Assembly: GCA_964057225.1 (NCBI GenBank)
Contig: OZ059896.1
Location: 16,368,001 to 16,432,000, forward strand
DNA: 64,000 nucleotides
Reading direction: 5' to 3'
Source of the DNA: Auanema rhodensis
Taxonomy: Eukaryota; Animalia; Nematoda
The notes beneath the pieces were generated by a model. That model did not search any database. It had not been told where the DNA came from and was given only the letters and a program-made list of their open reading frames with translations. Within the stretch, counting starts at the first letter, position 1, and every line of letters starts with the position of its first letter. Below, one piece after another: positions 38,676 through 51,468 of this stretch. The position numbers and the translations under genes were made by a program.

Positions 38676-41600
38676 ATGCGTTCCTTTATGTTGATTGCTC
38701 TTCTATTCGTCTGCTATACTACTGCCAAGAAATTACCTGATATTCACTGGAGCTCGTCAAATCCACCGTGAGTTACTTTCAACCACATTATACTTTACCT
38801 TCTCTCTTCATTATTTCTGCTCTTACTCTACTCTAGCATCTTAGTTAGCTCAATCGTTGTGATCTCCTTGCCTAATTTCCTTTGTGCTTGACCATTCGGC
38901 TAAGCTCTATAGTTATGCTACGAATTTATTACTAACTATCAACGAATTATTCTGCTTTATTGGGATTGCGATTTTTTGGCATTTGATTAACCTGATTAGT
39001 GACATTCATCTCTATGTCAACAAAACTGTTTTACTTCATGTCCTCTTGATTACCGGCTGGTGTTCTGCACTGTCTAAATCAATACTGTACAAAACAAACA
39101 TCGGAAAGCTATGAGAAATCATAATCCTGCTTGTTCATCATGAATCCATCTGCTACTTGAGCTTCTATATATGTTCTATCACATACAGTCGGCTTCCTGT
39201 TACGAAAAATCTTGTTGTTTAGCTTAACAGCTTTTTTGGTAACGGATTATGGACAGACGGCTCCTTTTTTGCCGTTGTCCGAAAACGAATCGCATGCGCT
39301 TTATGGTCTTAGCTAATTTTCTCTATTCTAATCGGGTTCCTCTAGAACAAGGCTACGAGATTTGTAGAATTGGTGCTAATCAATCGTTTCCTCTATCGTG
39401 AGCGCCTTTCACTGTCCCGTTTCTTGCTCGTCTTCTTGTTGATAATTGGTCTTTCGCACCTGGTCTATAATTATCTGAATTTGGATGAATCCAACCAGGA
39501 CGATGAATCATGATTACTAATGAAGCGGACATGAATACATACGTTTCCATACGCTTTGCTGATCATTTCTATATTTTTTGGTTTTGCTATTTGTATGACC
39601 CATCTGGTCGTAAATTACCCCATCATGGGTAGAAGTTCAGCTAACTTCAGGGCATTTTTCCATTAGTTGTCACCTTGTTCGATCTTGTAACCTAAATGTT
39701 GTGGAAAAATAGCCTGAGTTCAGTTTGAATATAACCCAAAGTTATGATCCCCATGATGTCTTGTCAATGTGAGGGCAGGGATGTCTAGACTTGCTTCTAG
39801 GCTTGTTCAATACCCAACAGCAAGGGTAAGGTTCCTGAGGTGCGCAAAGCAAGTCTGGTGACACTCTTATAACATTAGCATGAAGTCTGGCATAAAGTTA
39901 AGAACCCATTACAAGCTATCATGACTACTCAATGTTATAAAAAAGTGGTTTTTATATCTGGGAAGTAGGATATGCTTCATTTTGAATGAACAGCAAACTA
40001 CTCAGCTATGAGGGTTCGTAACAAGACCCATACAGTGCTCTCATAAGTGCTTGCCTATTTAGATTATGGGGGAAGTGCTCAATATGCAGATCTTTACCAG
40101 ATACTATAAGTGGCAATGTTTACGGTAATATGATGCCAGCCATATATCATTGATCTTCATATCTCAATCTATCTTGTTCTTAGATATGCGTTGCTCAAGT
40201 TTATTTACTGTTTGTCTTGACTAGTTAAGAAAGCAACAAATGGTCGATTAATGATCTGTGTCATCAATCAAAGATTTATAACCATGTATTTCATGATCTG
40301 AGCCATGTGTCGCCTAATTGAGGCGTCAGCCACATGAAAAATAGCCCAAGTCAGAAGGCATACGCATCTTTTGTATAAAATCTCATCTTTTAACTGCATA
40401 TGCCTATATGACGGAAATAGGAGATAGAAACCTATCTCTTGCTGTATGCTAATTTTTTCCATCTTGGAAAGGCAGCTGTTCTTTACCAAATCAGTCCATA
40501 TAGGGCAAGCTGTAGCTGACATACTCAAGATGGATGAACGGTTGAGAGCGGATTAGCACAGAGATGCATCCTTCGTATGTGGGGCAATGGATTCTTAGTT
40601 ACATGCGCCGAACCTGCTGGCTCTCATCATCAGGGGGGCTCAAGCTCCATGGCTCTTTGTTACAAAATAGGGCAAACTCTTATAACGAGGAAAGAGATGT
40701 GGGGTGCCAAGGTGCTACATGAGAAATCAGCCTATATCGATGTCTGAACTACCAGCAATTGGTTAATGTGTCTCACATGTGGACCACAGAATGGCAAAGA
40801 TCAGGGAACGGCGTTTTTATGGTCCTGGCGGGTGCTCTTCATCAACATATCTTTCATTTGTGGTCTTGCTAACTACCCATCAGTCATTATGTATCTGGGA
40901 AACTTTGAGGCTTCTATTTCCTCTCTATGCTCTCTTTCATAATTCGTTTTGAGTAGTGTACTCTCTACACTGCTGGTGGTAGCACTGGGGTCTTGTTCTT
41001 TGCTGTAATATATGTTGTATCAGTATGTAGAACACATGTCTTGCTTTCGTATACCAAAGGAAGAGATTGGCGGCTGTCAGCCGTGACACACCAGAAGATG
41101 CCTTATCCTACCTCAATGAATGCAAGTTTCTCTATATTTCTCATCTCCCTCCTTTCTGTATGTATAAAAAGAGAAATTGAGAGAAAATGTTGGAGAAGGA
41201 CGGACACGACCTAATAATTTATGAACATCGTTAGGCGACTGAAACACGAAGAAATATAACTTAAGGATTTATGTGTTGCTTCTCGAGCCAAAGTTTCTTC
41301 AAACTATTTTTTTTGTGTAGTATATCGGGATGATAATATTTTAATAACTAAGCTGAACCTACAATCTTTATTAGTTTGTATTTAATACGTTTAATTTCCT
41401 ATGGACGGCTTAAATTTAAGCTTATAATTGTTCAAAGCTTAGTAGCTAGATGCAATTCCATTACACCTGTCTCTGCTTATCTATCACCAGTAAGCTGTAT
41501 CTACGATTGATAGCCTCACTTGATCTCTTTATCTAAGAGCCGATCAGAAAGTTTTTCTCAAAGAAGTTTGTGTATTTCGTTTTCTTCAAAAGCTAATTGA

Positions 41601-41757
41601 GTAACATTTTGCTTAATTAGCCAACGCTCTTTTTGTTCTCACATTTACTGCATCATATTGTTCTCATCTCAGTATCTTTAAATTTGAGTAAAGCTGAGGA
41701 AGGCAATTAGTAAGCAGCCTGTGGCTGAGATTACCCTCAAAGAACGATTCATTTCCG

Positions 41758-41791
<34 letters not shown>

Positions 41792-44700
41792 CATGAAATG
41801 AATAGTGGATATGCTGTCATAATACTTTTAGATGTTAGGGGGGGGAGAGATTAGGTTACAAGAAATTACTGTTCAATGCAGAAAACAAATATAAAGACTT
41901 CATTGCATAAGCAGCATTTAAATCCTCGTTACATCTGCAGTTGCGTGAAACATCATTCGGATTCTTCTTGTGAAATCTAAGCCATTCTGAGCTTGAAGTC
42001 TTTCCGCCTGAAGCATCTGCTTGCTGATTGCAACATGTTTCTCAGTCTGTTGCTACCTGTGCCGGCATTAGACACTGACCGCCTTGTGTGTGATATCAGT
42101 TTACCTTGCAAGGTTTCTTTTTGTGTTCACACCGTCCTCCATCTGTTGTGACTTTTGGCTCCTGCATAACCCTATATATGCGACTCTATCTTATGTGGCT
42201 TGACGCAACCATAATTGACCCACCGACAGAGACAAAACGTCTTGTGTTATTATGCCTTTTGTGCTGATCACTGCACGTCCTATTCATTAAAAGATTATAC
42301 ACAATAGAACTGACTAAATCAAAAAGCAAGTCTTCTTGAGCTGTTCACTTGCCGAATAGTTTAGAGAAGCTTTAATCCACTTGGGACTTTACAATACCTT
42401 GAGCCAGAGGCATAGATGGTAATCAGAGGTTTCGCTTTTGTTTGAACCAATTTCGGATCCTTTTGACACATTCGCAACTACTTGTTCTGCAGTTTTACGA
42501 GATATAGTCTTATCTGCTGAACATCTATGCCCCTGGTGAATGGCAGGCAGGTTGATTGACTTGTTCAATGTCTGTCGGGGGACCCACTATCTTCTAATAC
42601 ATTCCTTCTTATTATGCGGCTTGGCCTTTGAAGTGTTTATACGTGAACTCTACACGTGTAATTTATGATTTATAGCAGGTAGCCTGCTACCGACCGACAT
42701 TAAGAAGAAGCTTAATAATCTTTCTTATGCAAGTATACAACTTCAGTTCAGCGTTTCGTATGTTGCTCTCGGCACCTGACATATATTCTTCTGATTATGC
42801 CAGAAAATCGGTACGCACTCCCGTTGTAACAACATATTTGACTTTTTGCCGTCTATGTCAATAATGTTGACCAAATCTTCAGCCTAATGAGGAGATACAC
42901 AAATACATCGTTGAGCAGAACAACTTAGGGAGGGGGTATGGCACACGAGAACAGATTGGAAGGACATCTCAACTGCAATGTTTTCTTTGTGCTTCTTCTA
43001 TGCTGACAAACCACGGGGTGCCTTTGCGGTATACCTGTTCACCGCCTAAGAGCAACAAATCGAGTCAAAGGTGCGGTTTTTTGTTACTATATGTGAGTGT
43101 TTCCGCTCCCCACACAGATTTACCGGATGTTCGAGGGAAAACAGTCTTCCTCGGGTGTTCCAATGTCACTTCTGTCGATGAATTACATTTATAAATTTGA
43201 ACGAACAGCTAAGGAAATAGTTTTATATAGAGGTCATTGTCATTTGAAATCGTTTCCTGTGTCGTACTTCATCAACTCAAGGCCTATCATTTGCATAATC
43301 CTACTATGGATAGATCCTTTCGGGTATATGCATGGCTCTAACCATAGATTGGCTTCTTTCACTCTGTCATTTCCTATTCTCTCTTTCTCTCAGATTGCTT
43401 TATAAATTGCAGTCCGTTCACCTAAATAGGTGTATCGAGAGCTCAAGCGGGAAACCAAAAAAGAAATCCTGACATACCTCTCAATCATATATAGCGCTAA
43501 CTAGTCTAGCTCTTCAATCGCAACTAAATGAGAATAGAATGGGCTGCAATTAGACATGCTGGAGAACGGCACAATATTATCTGCTAATTCCACGAGTTTT
43601 ATTCTGGTTTCACAGCTAAAAATGTATCTTATAAGCTGAAAAGAGCACAACCATGTGCCTGGCAGCTTTGAATATTTTGCCTCTGTTTTCATGAATTAGC
43701 ATCTATTTATGAAAAGCCTAACATTATATACGCGTATCATGCTGTGAATACGAAATAAAAAGGTCTGGGCTCATTTTCATTTATCTAAAGGGCTGAGCTT
43801 CAGTTGTGACTCGAAGCTCAACCAAATGAGATCCTCTATTTTCAATTGATGGGTCTCATAGCTAGCGAGGGCAATAATTCAGTAAATTTATGGAAATTTC
43901 CTTTGCAATTTTGAATACCGTTTGTCTCTATTTTCCTATTCTCGCCTCTCATCATCAAAATCGCCCGAAAGATGTATCAAACGTTTTGTTTCGAACGAAA
44001 TATTGAACAAAGTGGCATAGTAAATATATAAATTGAGATATCCCAAGGTTTACGACAACCGGAATCTTTCTGATGGCTCAATCTAGTGTCTGTTCTCTCT
44101 TGATCAGTTATACTATACTCACTTACTCAGGGATGTTTTGGGGGTTAAGTGTCTTTTCAACCCTACCGACTCTATCTGACCATTTATGTACCTTTAATAA
44201 CTTGGCCTCCTCACACTTTGCATACCGTTATACAAACTGATGAAGAAGGTTGAGAGGGTTTCTGGATATAAGCGGCATTGCTCCAAATATCAAAGCATAT
44301 ACACTTCGATACTAATCTAGTGTTGAAGAGTCTTGAACCTTGTGAAGTGCTTTACAGCGGTGAATCCTAGTATCTAAAGCCGAAGTTTGGCTGATATTTA
44401 ATGAGACCTTATATATGGAATAATGTTTTGATATAATCACGGAGTTCTAGTTTTCTATACGTCATCTGTTCATGTTGTTCAACAAAATGCTGTAGAGCAT
44501 CTGTATTCGTCTGTCGATGGACTGTTACAAGAGATAGTATCGTATGAAACATCTGTTTTTCTATATTCTTAGATATTAATACTGACAATTTGTATTTCGT
44601 TAGTTCGCTTTACACCTGTTGTCTCAATGTTCTAGAGCATGGTTCTATTTCAATTGTTCAGGGGCACAGTATGGGGCCAATCTTCAAGCAAATTGTCTGA

Positions 44701-46992
44701 GATTCATATCTTTTTTTTTGTCTTCCGGTAATAGCTGAGACTATTCATCCAACTAAGTGTGTCACATACTAGACATTACTCATACAGTAAAGTATAATCA
44801 TATTGGGTGCCTAATTTTGATGATACTATGATGAGCTAATTGTCTATCGTTTTTGCGACCTCTTGCATAATAAGCGTTATTGATATTCTGTATGGAAATC
44901 GTTGAGCTGGAAAATTACTGTGGTTGCGTGTCCTCTTTTAAGGACATTAACTGCAAGCCATCCGGAGAATTGTTCACGATATCTGATACCTTACAGATTT
45001 TTTGGTTATATCTTGATCTACATGTCGACCACATGTACTGATGACAGCTGGTTTGATAACTATACTGTTTATCATACGAGAATAAACAATGAGCATTTAC
45101 TATGTACATAGTTGACATAAGGTGATTTCGAAGGGAAACAAGAAACATTATGAGCGGTTTATGCAAATTTTTTGGCCATTTTTCAATTAAGTACTTATGC
45201 TTTGCTTTATTAGTCACTCTTTTCTTCCATTTAATATGATTACCTCAATCGGAAATCATCAGTTGAACTAATAGGGCTATGGAATGAACAGATGGGTCAA
45301 ATGCTTATTCAAGCACAGCATTGCCTATATCCGGCTGAAGATAGTTGTGTCCTGATTGAATGATTGAGTCTCTTGATTAGATAAAGTATTGTCTGTTTTT
45401 ATATACTGTTTATCTGAGACTTGTGAGCTTGAGAGCACTACTTGACATTCAGCCAAGGCAATTGTATTAGTTAAGCAGCTAATTAGAGCCTAATTTCTTT
45501 TCTCGACCACCTAAGTGATGTTAATGGTTTCGATTTGTCACTTGACATTAGGTTAAAAGAAAACTATAGAATTTAGTCTTAACTTCACAACTTTCAATGT
45601 GAAATTGCTTTTGGCACTTTTTTTTCATTGGAGGACATCTACTAACATTGTTGTCCTCCAATAAAAGTTGTTTTATATGCCTCGTTTACCACACATAAAT
45701 TATCTTTTTTCTCATTGGATTTTGATTTGAAAAATAATAGCTCAGCTGCTTTTGAACTTTATGCGGCGATGAGCGGGACCATTGTACCGACATATGGTTT
45801 GCCAACATTATCATGCACATTCGCTAGAAACAGTTTATGTAACAAAACATGGTCATTTGCTGTCTATACAATAGCCATAAAAGGATGGTATCGCATTTAT
45901 CCGTTCTTCATCTAGAATAACATTGTGTCCTTTGACTGCTTCCGATACGTTTTTGGCGGATAGACAGCCGGACCACCTGTATACCCATTTATATGTCCTT
46001 GCGTGATGCCGTTGTTTGCCGTAACGCAATCTGTTTTAAACCTTGTTTCTCATTTTCCTTTTTGTTTCATAAGGGAGTAATTTTATATGAAATTATCAAA
46101 ATATTTAGAGACTCTTGAATAAGTTTTTTTAATTTTCAGACATGAACGATTTGCTGCTATCGGAGATTCACTTGACATTTTCTGTCCCCATTTCACTCCT
46201 GAAACTCCAGATGAAGAAACTGAACAGACCATTATCTACAGGGTATGTTTCTTATACTTAATCCTTATTCTTCATTTGAATAATTTATAGGTGCCTAAGT
46301 CTGATTATGAGAAATGCCGGCTGAGCTCTTCTGCTGAGCTCTTAGCCAGATGCACGAATCCCAAAGGCTCAAACCAGCAAAAATGGACTGTATCCTTCCG
46401 TCAATTCAGTCCAAATCCCTCTGCTTTGGATTACCATCCCGGCACCACTTACTACTTTATCTCGACTTCTAAGGGAACATCTCGCGGACTTGAAAATGAT
46501 ATTGGCGGTCTTTGTGCCAGCCACAATTTGAAAATGGTTATTCAAGTTACTGACAAAAATGGTGTTATTCATCATCATCATCGTCATCACCATCATCACA
46601 AAGCTATTCCAACTACTACTCCACCAACCACTACTACTACTACTGCTGCGGATCTATCAAAGATTGAGATCTGGCAAAACAGAGGACCTCTTTGGGATCA
46701 ATATTTTGATAAGGTGAGTCTTGCTTTTCTTTCTTCACTTTTTACTAATCATGTATATTTCTAGATTGGCAACGAACATTGGCCCATCAAGGATGTTAAC
46801 CGCGCCGAACGTCTTCAGTTAGATGTTGGAAACGAAAAAGACCGTTATCCAATTTATGATAATCAAATTGACTACCTAATTCACGAAATAGGTGATATGG
46901 ATACTCTCATCTCTTCTTCTTCAACACAGTCATCAGTAGGATTTTTGAGTTTAATACTCATCTTAACTGCTGTATTCCTCGTAGGACAATAG
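38676..46992 (+). CDS. vab-2: GPI-anchored ephrin EFN-1/VAB-2; 4 exons with a 7.4 kb first intron
   Basis: Exons 38676-38767, 46140-46242, 46291-46713, 46765-46992 give signal peptide MRSFMLIALLFVCYTTA-KKLPDIHWSSSNPP|HERFAAIGDSLDIFCP...FRQFSPNPSALDYHPGTTYYFISTS...GGLCASHNLKMVIQVTD...HHHHRHHHHHK, Thr tract, IHEIGD, and a hydrophobic GPI-signal tail; features typical of VAB-2. Confidence 0.93.
39050..46030 (-). mobile_element. Heavily decayed, near full-length Bel/Pao LTR retrotransposon, antisense in vab-2 intron 1
   Basis: Minus-strand motifs in Bel/Pao order: Gag knuckle remnants (CLVC ~44770; CLKIG..C ~44680), RT SRVPY (~42945), RNase H SNRLRNML and KNPNDVSR (~41950-42050), integrase QEIGFYLLFP / KRCVCLLTWAIFH (ORF 40268-40528), RPFVA, *ASTYES..GLV (~40040), WK...DGVI (~39630). 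Boundaries approximate. Confidence 0.6.
41759..41790. repeat. (TA)n microsatellite within an AT-rich insertion in the LTR relic
   Basis: Direct reading. Confidence 0.9.
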
Positions 46993-48199
46993 GTTAATTT
47001 TAACAAATTTAGCCACAATTCTATATATGTTATATAGATTAATAATATGTCATTGATTAAGTATAGAGTTTCTATTTATCATCAAATGATACGGGTCTAT
47101 TGTGTACGGCTAAAAATTTAGTTCTATTATTCTTTCATCTTCCTTTCCTCTCAGCTTGCTTCTTATTTTCGTTTTATTTTACTATCTCTGGATATTCTTC
47201 ATCTTATCATCAACTCACTTTGAAATAAGTACATATACCTATATGTAACTTATCCTTTTTACCGGAATTTCGTTTACAACAACCAGAATTAGAATTAGTT
47301 TTACTTGAGCTTCAAGAACCAGTTTTATGTTTGTATTATTCTTGTAAAGCTCATAATTCCTTACCTTCCATTGTACATTTTATCAGATATACGCACCTGC
47401 ATGTCCTCAACAATCCTGTGATTTTGTATTCTCAGTGTTGTTTTAATATTGTCTTACGATTGTGTATAGAAAAAATAAGCAGAAAAACTAAGAGAATAAA
47501 TAATTTAATAATTATAATACTGTTATCTATTATTGAAATGAAAATTGAAACTATACAGAAGGATAAGTTGTCTTATAACTTGATTTATATTAAGTTCTGT
47601 ATTTCTAGTAAGCAAGTTTTCAGTTTAAAATGTCAATTCAATGTTTTACTCATTTCCTCAATGTTGGATCTCTCAGAGTTTGAGGTGTCGTGTAACATCT
47701 CAGTTGTAAAAGAGTTGTATAAGCTTGAAGTATCGGACATCAAACGAAAAAGAAGATAAATTGTTCTTATATTCGGTATTATCCTCTCATGCTGTGTGAT
47801 AGATTTCGGCTATTGGACTTCATACAAAGGCTATAACTATATGATATCAGATTAATTCATCTTGTCACTCTAAAGTGCCGAACATAGCCAGTCTATAGCA
47901 GTTACAAACGACTCCATTTATTTGGAGATATTGAGAGTGTGAATGATGAAAAGATATGGTATAGATGCCGTCTAATGATAACGGTCAAATGTTATTGATT
48001 GATGGATGAATGACATAACAATATTCTCTGTAGTCAGTTATTAATTGAGTTGTAATCAAGAGCAGCTCAGTGTCCTTCACGTCTTTGATGTATCCGCACA
48101 TGGGTTGTAGTGCTTGTGATTTTCATATAATCTATAGACCTACTTCTAACTCAACCTATATGTTAACTGTGGTTCTCTGTGTCTCTCTGTTTCTCTCCC

Positions 48200-48530
48200 C
48201 CCCCCCCTTTTTGATTTTGCTAGTGGGCATGCTGGTGTGTGATGGACGTCGGCAACGTCTTACCAGCTCATATCACATCCATCTTCGGCTGTCTAAGGAT
48301 GTGTGTCTTGATTATATAGTCTGTAAAGTAAAATTAACGAGTCAACCAACTAAAGAAGAAGAAGAAGATGTCAACAATATCGTCAATGAAATTGCTGATG
48401 CCAGCTCTCGTCTATGCAGTTCAATCGTCGAAGCTGCATGACGAATGATGCGGATTGAACGTCCAAAATAAGAATCCGATAGGCTTATTTGGTCAGTGGT
48501 ATTGGGCTTGAAGAAAAATTTCATTATATG
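48200..48530 (-). mobile_element. Possible LINE AP-endonuclease relic
   Basis: Frameshifted G-(D)-FNPHHS (cf. GDFNAHH) and TDYIIK (cf. IDYI) in the correct order. Confidence 0.3.
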
Positions 48531-49734
48531 GCATATATGTCATAAGAAATAGATTTGATAGATGAATGATCCATGCTATACCATATAGTAAAGGAACATA
48601 GTAACATAGTATAATGTCTAATTTAACCTATAACTCATTATATATATTTTCAAATTAACTATTCAGGTCAGAAAATTAAGAAAAAAGATGACAGAATAAT
48701 GATTAATTATAATATTTATATGAAATAATTAATTTAGAAAATCAACCAAATCAATGAAAAATCAAAGAATATATCTTATATTCTGAACATGTATCATCAA
48801 TTTTCCCTTGAGGTCTCTAGTTTTTGGGCTATATTGTTTGGATGAAATTTTAAGGATTTCTGGAATTTTTTAGTTGTTTCCCCCATATTTGGTGCCTGAA
48901 CAGCATGAACAAGTTAGAATTTGATAGTTTATTTGAATATCATGTTGTTCAATATGAATAATATACCAAGATTTCTTTATAATCTTTCGAATTATAGAAA
49001 GATTAAAATCAAATTCAATTATTATCTTCAATAATTCAATACATCCAAATCCAAACTGTTTGTATTTTCTTCTTTAAATTATTTTCTCATGTATAAAATT
49101 GATATTTTCTTTTTAAATAAAATAAAAGCAGACAGAATAAATAACAAAACATAAAACAATCTTAATTTGACAACGTAAGAAACAATCTAAAGAAAACATG
49201 TGATATTTTAGATACTTCCTTATTTAAACTAGATTTTTATTTTATTCTTTTGGTATATATTCAATCATTTTATTTTATTTACACATACAAATATATATAT
49301 ATATATATATAAATATAAAAAAAAGAAACGATTAAATAGTTCATAATTTAATAAAATTTTAAGGCTGTCTCTTTATATAATCAAAACATTTGTAACTTAG
49401 TTAGTCATAATAATCGTATGTTGCCTGTAAATATAATGTTATAATCACAAAATTAAGATCAAAGTACATTTGTTCGAACTATTAGGTTATTTCAATATTT
49501 CTGTTGAGTATTATTGAAATTTAATTGATTTTAATTAAATCTAGGATTAAATCTTATTATTATTTTCTTTTTGACTTGAAAAGATTTTGTATACGTCAGA
49601 TCTGTTATTCATTTTTGTTTTTGATCCAAAGTTTAATTAAAAGAAAACATAAGTATAATCTTATTATGATTTATATATTCTTTATTTATATGAAAAAAAG
49701 AAAAAAATTGAATCATAAGAGACGTTCAAGCGTA

Positions 49735-50042
49735 TTAACATTGAAAATATTGGAATAATTGAACATCATGATCATCCAAATGAGAGTATCTGCGAACTCT
49801 GTAAAACTTTGATGAACGCATCTTATATGTTTTTCTTAGTTCGGTAAAAGTTTCAGCATGATGGTTCTCATCTTCCAACAACGGAAGTTCAATCTCATCA
49901 GTGAAGCCACCAGTAGTATCGAGTGCAGGACTTCTGTTTTTATCTGAAAAAAAAAACAAATTATCACTGAATCATGTTTTTATACAGTAAATATTGTATA
50001 ATAAAATAAATAAATGTAGTTAAATTTACCGTTAAAATCCAT
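49735..50042 (-). CDS. Candidate small orphan protein (73 aa) or last exons of a longer gene
   Basis: Exons 50042-50030 and 49943-49735 joined by a GT..TTTTCAG intron: MDFNDKNRSPALDTTGGFTDEIELPLLEDENHHAETFTELRKTYKMRSSKFYRVRRYSHLDDHDVQLFQYFQC*; coding-like GC island in very AT-rich DNA; upstream TTACAG acceptor at ~50087. Confidence 0.55.
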
Positions 50043-50093
50043 GTTGTCAATAGAATAAAATGAAGTTGGTTTTTGAATGAAATAATCTGTAAT

Positions 50094-50125
<32 letters not shown>

Positions 50126-51414
50126 TATGATTAATAGTTTAAATAAAATAAATTGGAAGATATGTTCCTTAATTTATTTCATTTAAAATACAAACGCTTT
50201 TCATAGACAATCATACTAAAACTAAATAAATGTTCATAAAAGCTTTTCAAAGTAAAATATAGGGCGGGACAATAAGTTATTCAAGTTTCATAATAATGAA
50301 AGTCTTGTGATTAAATTTAAAAAATACACAATTTACATATATAGATATCAGGTTGTAAACTTTTTTATTGTTCAAACTTATTTCACAATTTCTATTGAGT
50401 TCTTCAACTTTTTCTCTCATCTATATATGATACTCTCAAATTATTTTATTGTCTCAATACTATACTATCTATATCTTTGCAGTAACTTGTTTATTTGGAT
50501 ATTATCTTTAACTTATGTTAACTAAAAGAAATATGTATTAGCTAATGTTAGTTATAATAAACTTTTATATAATATTATAAACAAAAGTACAAATAGATGA
50601 AAAATAAAGAGAAAAAACATTATTTACGAATTCATATTAGAATATAAAAATATGATTTAAAGGTTATACAAACCACATAGTTAAACTGCATGTGAAATAA
50701 AATATATAAATAATATAAACTATTTTATATTTATAATTAGTATATAATCAAATAAAATATATTAGAAAATGAGGGTGTTGTGGAGGATGACGATGATATT
50801 TTGAGTCAAAGTTCAATAATATTCATAAAAATATATATGCATATAGTTAAATATTTTTGCTAATTTATTTTATGTATTTAATATAATATCATTATTAATT
50901 TAAATATAATATGTTTATAATTTTATTATAATTTTAAAATAAACCTAAAGCAAAAAATATTTTTAGTTATTTTATATTGAATTAAACTTAAATATATTCA
51001 TATAGTTTAAGATTTTAATATTGAAAATATGTTCTATTATATTAACTATGTTAAATATGTTTTTCTTGTAATATTTTCTTATTGAAAGAAGAATATCAGG
51101 CAGTTTCCTAATGCAACGCCAATCCAATCCGCCGTGACGACAGCTAACCATCAGATTCTGCTTTGGGGAAGACGACATGCGCCAACTGTTCATTCCGTAT
51201 CATCCTGTCAGAAAATTTCAAGAAATCTGTCAAAAACCTTCAATTTTCGATGTAGACAGCAAAGTTTAATATTCGTTTCTCTTGCTGTAGCATGTGAACA
51301 TTTGAGACCATTTCCCATTTTAAATATTTTTTCTCATTTTATTTTCTCAATTCTCAAGAATTTTTTTGTTTGAAACAGAGAATATTTATCATTTCACATA
51401 TGCTTACACCTCTC

Positions 51415-51429
51415 TATCTATATTTCTCT

Positions 51430-51468
<39 letters not shown>

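Noticed and set aside
47331-47759. 142-aa ORF downstream of vab-2
   Set aside because: AT-rich I/L/K/F-biased, TTG-started, no domain or splice support.
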